Assembly (NCBI GenBank): GCA_016235455.1 | Contig: JACRKZ010000045.1 | Span: 2,807-54,281, forward strand | Direction of reading: 5' to 3' | Length of the DNA stretch: 51,475 nucleotides | Origin: Armatimonadota bacterium | GTDB lineage: Bacteria > Armatimonadota > UBA10988 | Shown here: one piece after another, positions 49,131 through 51,475 of the stretch | How the letters are laid out: each line of letters opens with the position of its first letter | Numbering within the stretch: the stretch's first letter is position 1 | Made by a program: the position numbers and the translations under genes | Notes under the pieces: generated by a model | What the model was told of the DNA's origin: nothing | Database searches by the model: none | What the model saw: only the letters and a program-made list of their open reading frames with translations

Positions 49131-51256
49131 GCAAACTCGCACAGCCCCAGGTCGCCCGGCTCGGTGTGGTCGGTGCGGCCCGCGTCGAAGGGCACCTTGC
49201 CCACCATCAGGCGCCTGGGCTGGGTCTCGCCCGAGAGGCGGTCGATGCGCAGCCGCCGCCAGGTGATGCCGTCGCGCGATGACTCGGAGACAACGTAGTG
49301 GCCGGCCAGGCGCAGGCGTAGCCAGACCCACTCGCCGGCCGGGTAGCCGTCATAGAGTACCTGCTCGCCCGGCCGGTCGGTCTGCAGCCGGTTGTCTGAG
49401 CGCAGGCCGAGGCGCGCGCTGCTGGTGCCCGCCCAGAGGGCCATGGCCGGCCCCCACGACATGCCGCTGTCGCTGGTCATGCGCAGGCGGCAGGTGACCG
49501 CTGTCGCCTCAGGCGGCAGGTCGCGCTCGATCCAGGCGACGGTGTGGCGGTTCGCCGCGATCCTCAGCACCTTGTCACCGCCCCTCAGACTGCCCGCGCC
49601 GCGCGGGCTGAGGTAGGCGCGCCAGCCACCGGGCAGGGCGGTCTCGAGCCCCTTGGGCGGACTGGGGTCGGGTAGCCTCACGGCCAGTGCCGGGTCGGCG
49701 AAGTCCTCGCGCCAGAGGGCGGTCAGGCCGGGTTGGTCGTCGGCCAGGACGCGCGCATACTCGCGCCGCTCCGCCTCGAACGCTGCCTGGCGCGGCGCCT
49801 GCCGCGCTGCCACGCGGGCCTCCAGCTCGGGCGTGAGTGCCGGCCAGTAGTACTTCTTCATGCCGGCCAGGCGCTGGTCATCGTCCGCCGCGGGCAGGAA
49901 GTGCAGGCGGATGTTGTTGTCCAGCAGCGTGCCGACGAAGCTCTCGGTCAGTGGATACTGGTTGTTGTTGCATAGCACGCCGATGGCATTGCTGATGTTG
50001 TGGGTGGAGACGAAGTAGCGCAGGTAGTCGGGGTCGGAGTACTGGGCCTCGGTGCCCTCGCCGCGCAGCACGTAGTCGTAGTACGTGTCCATCTGCGGCA
50101 GGTAGACGCCACCGCCCGGCGGGCTGCCAGTGCCGTGGAACTCCAGCAGGCCCTTGTCGCCGACTATCTCGCGGGCCTTGCGGCTGACCAGATACGAACG
50201 TACGACGCTGCCATAGATGCCGTCGAAGTACAGGCCCGCGGGCTTGTACTCGCGCATCACGCGGCCGATCTCGGCGACGAAGATGGGCCAGTTCATGCCG
50301 CGCGGATCGCCCGGTGAGAAGCCGGTCTCGGCGAAATGGTCGAAGCTGTTCATGGCCTTCGATTCGAGATCGGTGCCGGCCAGGAAGTACAGCGGCGAGG
50401 TGTAGACGATGTTGCGCATGCCCAGCCGCGCGCAGGTGGCGTTGACGCGCTCGAACTCGCCGACGCCCAGGCGCGGCACGAAGCGCAGGCTCCAGTCCTT
50501 CCACAGCATGACCTCGGCCTGCTGCAGCAGGATGTTGGCATACTGGCTCCAGGCCCGGATGGCGTCGTCGGCCGGGTAGGCGTTCTCGCTCGACCAATGC
50601 CAGGCCACGCGCTCGCGGAGCGACTGCGCCCAGGGATAGGGGCGCGGCGGGCCTACGGCCAGCCACCAGATCTGCCCCGCCTGCAGAGCGCTGGTGTGCC
50701 CGCGATCGCCGGGCAGGTCGACGGTGTGGCCCTCGCCCGTCGCGAAGTACGTGCCGACGTAGCCCCACTCGTCCAGCAGCAGGCGGTCGCCGACGATGGC
50801 GCGGGCACTGGCCGGCTGGAAGGCGAGCTCGCAGCGCAGTTCCATGGCCCGCTCGGTGCGCAGCATCAGCAGCGAGTCACCATTGATGCGCAGGCGCAGA
50901 CCGCCCGCGGCGCCGGTCAAGCTGACCGCGCCCGAGCCCAGTCGCTCCGCCTTCAGCCCGGCCAGTGCGCCCGCGGCGAACGTGACTCGCACCACCTGGC
51001 GGGCGCGCGCCAGCAGCTGCCGGACAGCCAGCGTGCCGGCGGTCGTGTCGAACGTGAACTCCGCACCGGTGGTACGAACCACGATGCGCCCGGCTTCGCT
51101 GCGCAGACCGGTGATGGCCATGCCATACTGCGCGTCGCGGAAGTCGGTGGTGGTAAGCAGGTAGTCCGCATCGGCCTCAATCGACGGCGACAGCGTCGGC
51201 TCGGCCGCCGACGCACAGCCGCACCATGCCACCAGGACCCAGGCAACCCACCTCAT
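49103..51256 (-). CDS. Secreted glycoside-hydrolase-like protein (putative TIM barrel plus C-terminal beta-sandwich)
   Basis: Signal peptide from ATG 51256, IVYTSP, GLYFDG, LRGE, C-terminal WLRL...SRDGITW...FADVVVY. Confidence 0.55.
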   Translation of the reverse strand: MRWVAWVLVAWCGCASAAEPTLSPSIEADADYLLTTTDFRDAQYGMAITGLRSEAGRIVVRTTGAEFTFDTTAGTLAVRQLLARARQVVRVTFAAGALAGLKAERLGSGAVSLTGAAGGLRLRINGDSLLMLRTERAMELRCELAFQPASARAIVGDRLLLDEWGYVGTYFATGEGHTVDLPGDRGHTSALQAGQIWWLAVGPPRPYPWAQSLRERVAWHWSSENAYPADDAIRAWSQYANILLQQAEVMLWKDWSLRFVPRLGVGEFERVNATCARLGMRNIVYTSPLYFLAGTDLESKAMNSFDHFAETGFSPGDPRGMNWPIFVAEIGRVMREYKPAGLYFDGIYGSVVRSYLVSRKAREIVGDKGLLEFHGTGSPPGGGVYLPQMDTYYDYVLRGEGTEAQYSDPDYLRYFVSTHNISNAIGVLCNNNQYPLTESFVGTLLDNNIRLHFLPAADDDQRLAGMKKYYWPALTPELEARVAARQAPRQAAFEAERREYARVLADDQPGLTALWREDFADPALAVRLPDPSPPKGLETALPGGWRAYLSPRGAGSLRGGDKVLRIAANRHTVAWIERDLPPEATAVTCRLRMTSDSGMSWGPAMALWAGTSSARLGLRSDNRLQTDRPGEQVLYDGYPAGEWVWLRLRLAGHYVVSESSRDGITWRRLRIDRLSGETQPRRLMVGKVPFDAGRTDHTEPGDLGLCEFADVVVYRGR

Positions 51257-51289
51257 GTCGCATCTCCCCGCTACGATCTGGCCCGATCG

Positions 51290-51319
51290 AGTGTAGGCTT
51301 CGCCTTGTGTGGGCGTCAA
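51290..51319 (-). promoter_or_regulatory. Promoter TTGACG-N18-TACACT
   Basis: Hexamer match upstream of the 51256 start. Confidence 0.5.
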
Positions 51320-51335
51320 GGTGCTGTCTCTTTGG

Positions 51336-51475
51336 GGGTGCGAGTCACGCTGCGGGACTCACGCGGCCGCCTTCCAACGCACGACGGGGTCGGACAGGTC
51401 GTTGGCCAGCACGGCCAACACCGCGTTGAGCCCCTCGCGGCTCCAGCGCATGCCCGCGCCCTTGACCCGCTGGCC
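51336..51475 (-). mobile_element. 3' end of an ISKra4/ISLre2-like insertion sequence (transposase fragment 51359-51475)
   Basis: Minus strand reads GQRVKGAGMRWSREGLNAVLAVL...AAA*, matching the R-x-K-x-x-GMRW-S motif; candidate terminus GGGTGCG at 51336. Confidence 0.75.

Overview
High-GC bacterial chromosome segment, most likely Armatimonadota (inferred from the [34 protein letters not shown]9-DG DUF1559 protein, the DUF6785/6784-like membrane protein, porins and a peptidoglycan dcw cluster). Left to right: the right end of a phage-tail-like gene block (1-5858); a DUF1559 gene; greA-ftsA-mutY on the minus strand with no ftsZ; PIG-L deacetylase plus ROK kinase; an HD-CHAP fusion; OprB porin, CE4-like and phage-ABA-like genes; a reduced dcw cluster (mraZ-rsmH-ftsL-ftsI-murE-murF-ftsW-ftsQ); glycan, envelope and metabolic genes (beta-helix/LamG, twin CBM, LCP, Zn-ADH, hemB, two TorF-like paralogues, GT-C-like); a Planctomycete-type DUF1549/1553-DUF1501-WD40-PPC operon; a GNAT gene and a GH-like gene joined tail-to-tail by a 102-bp palindrome (perfect 50-bp arms) that gives both proteins the same C-terminus; and the 3' end of an ISKra4-like transposase. 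I saw no rRNA, tRNA or CRISPR array. Family names come from motif recognition by eye, not database searches.
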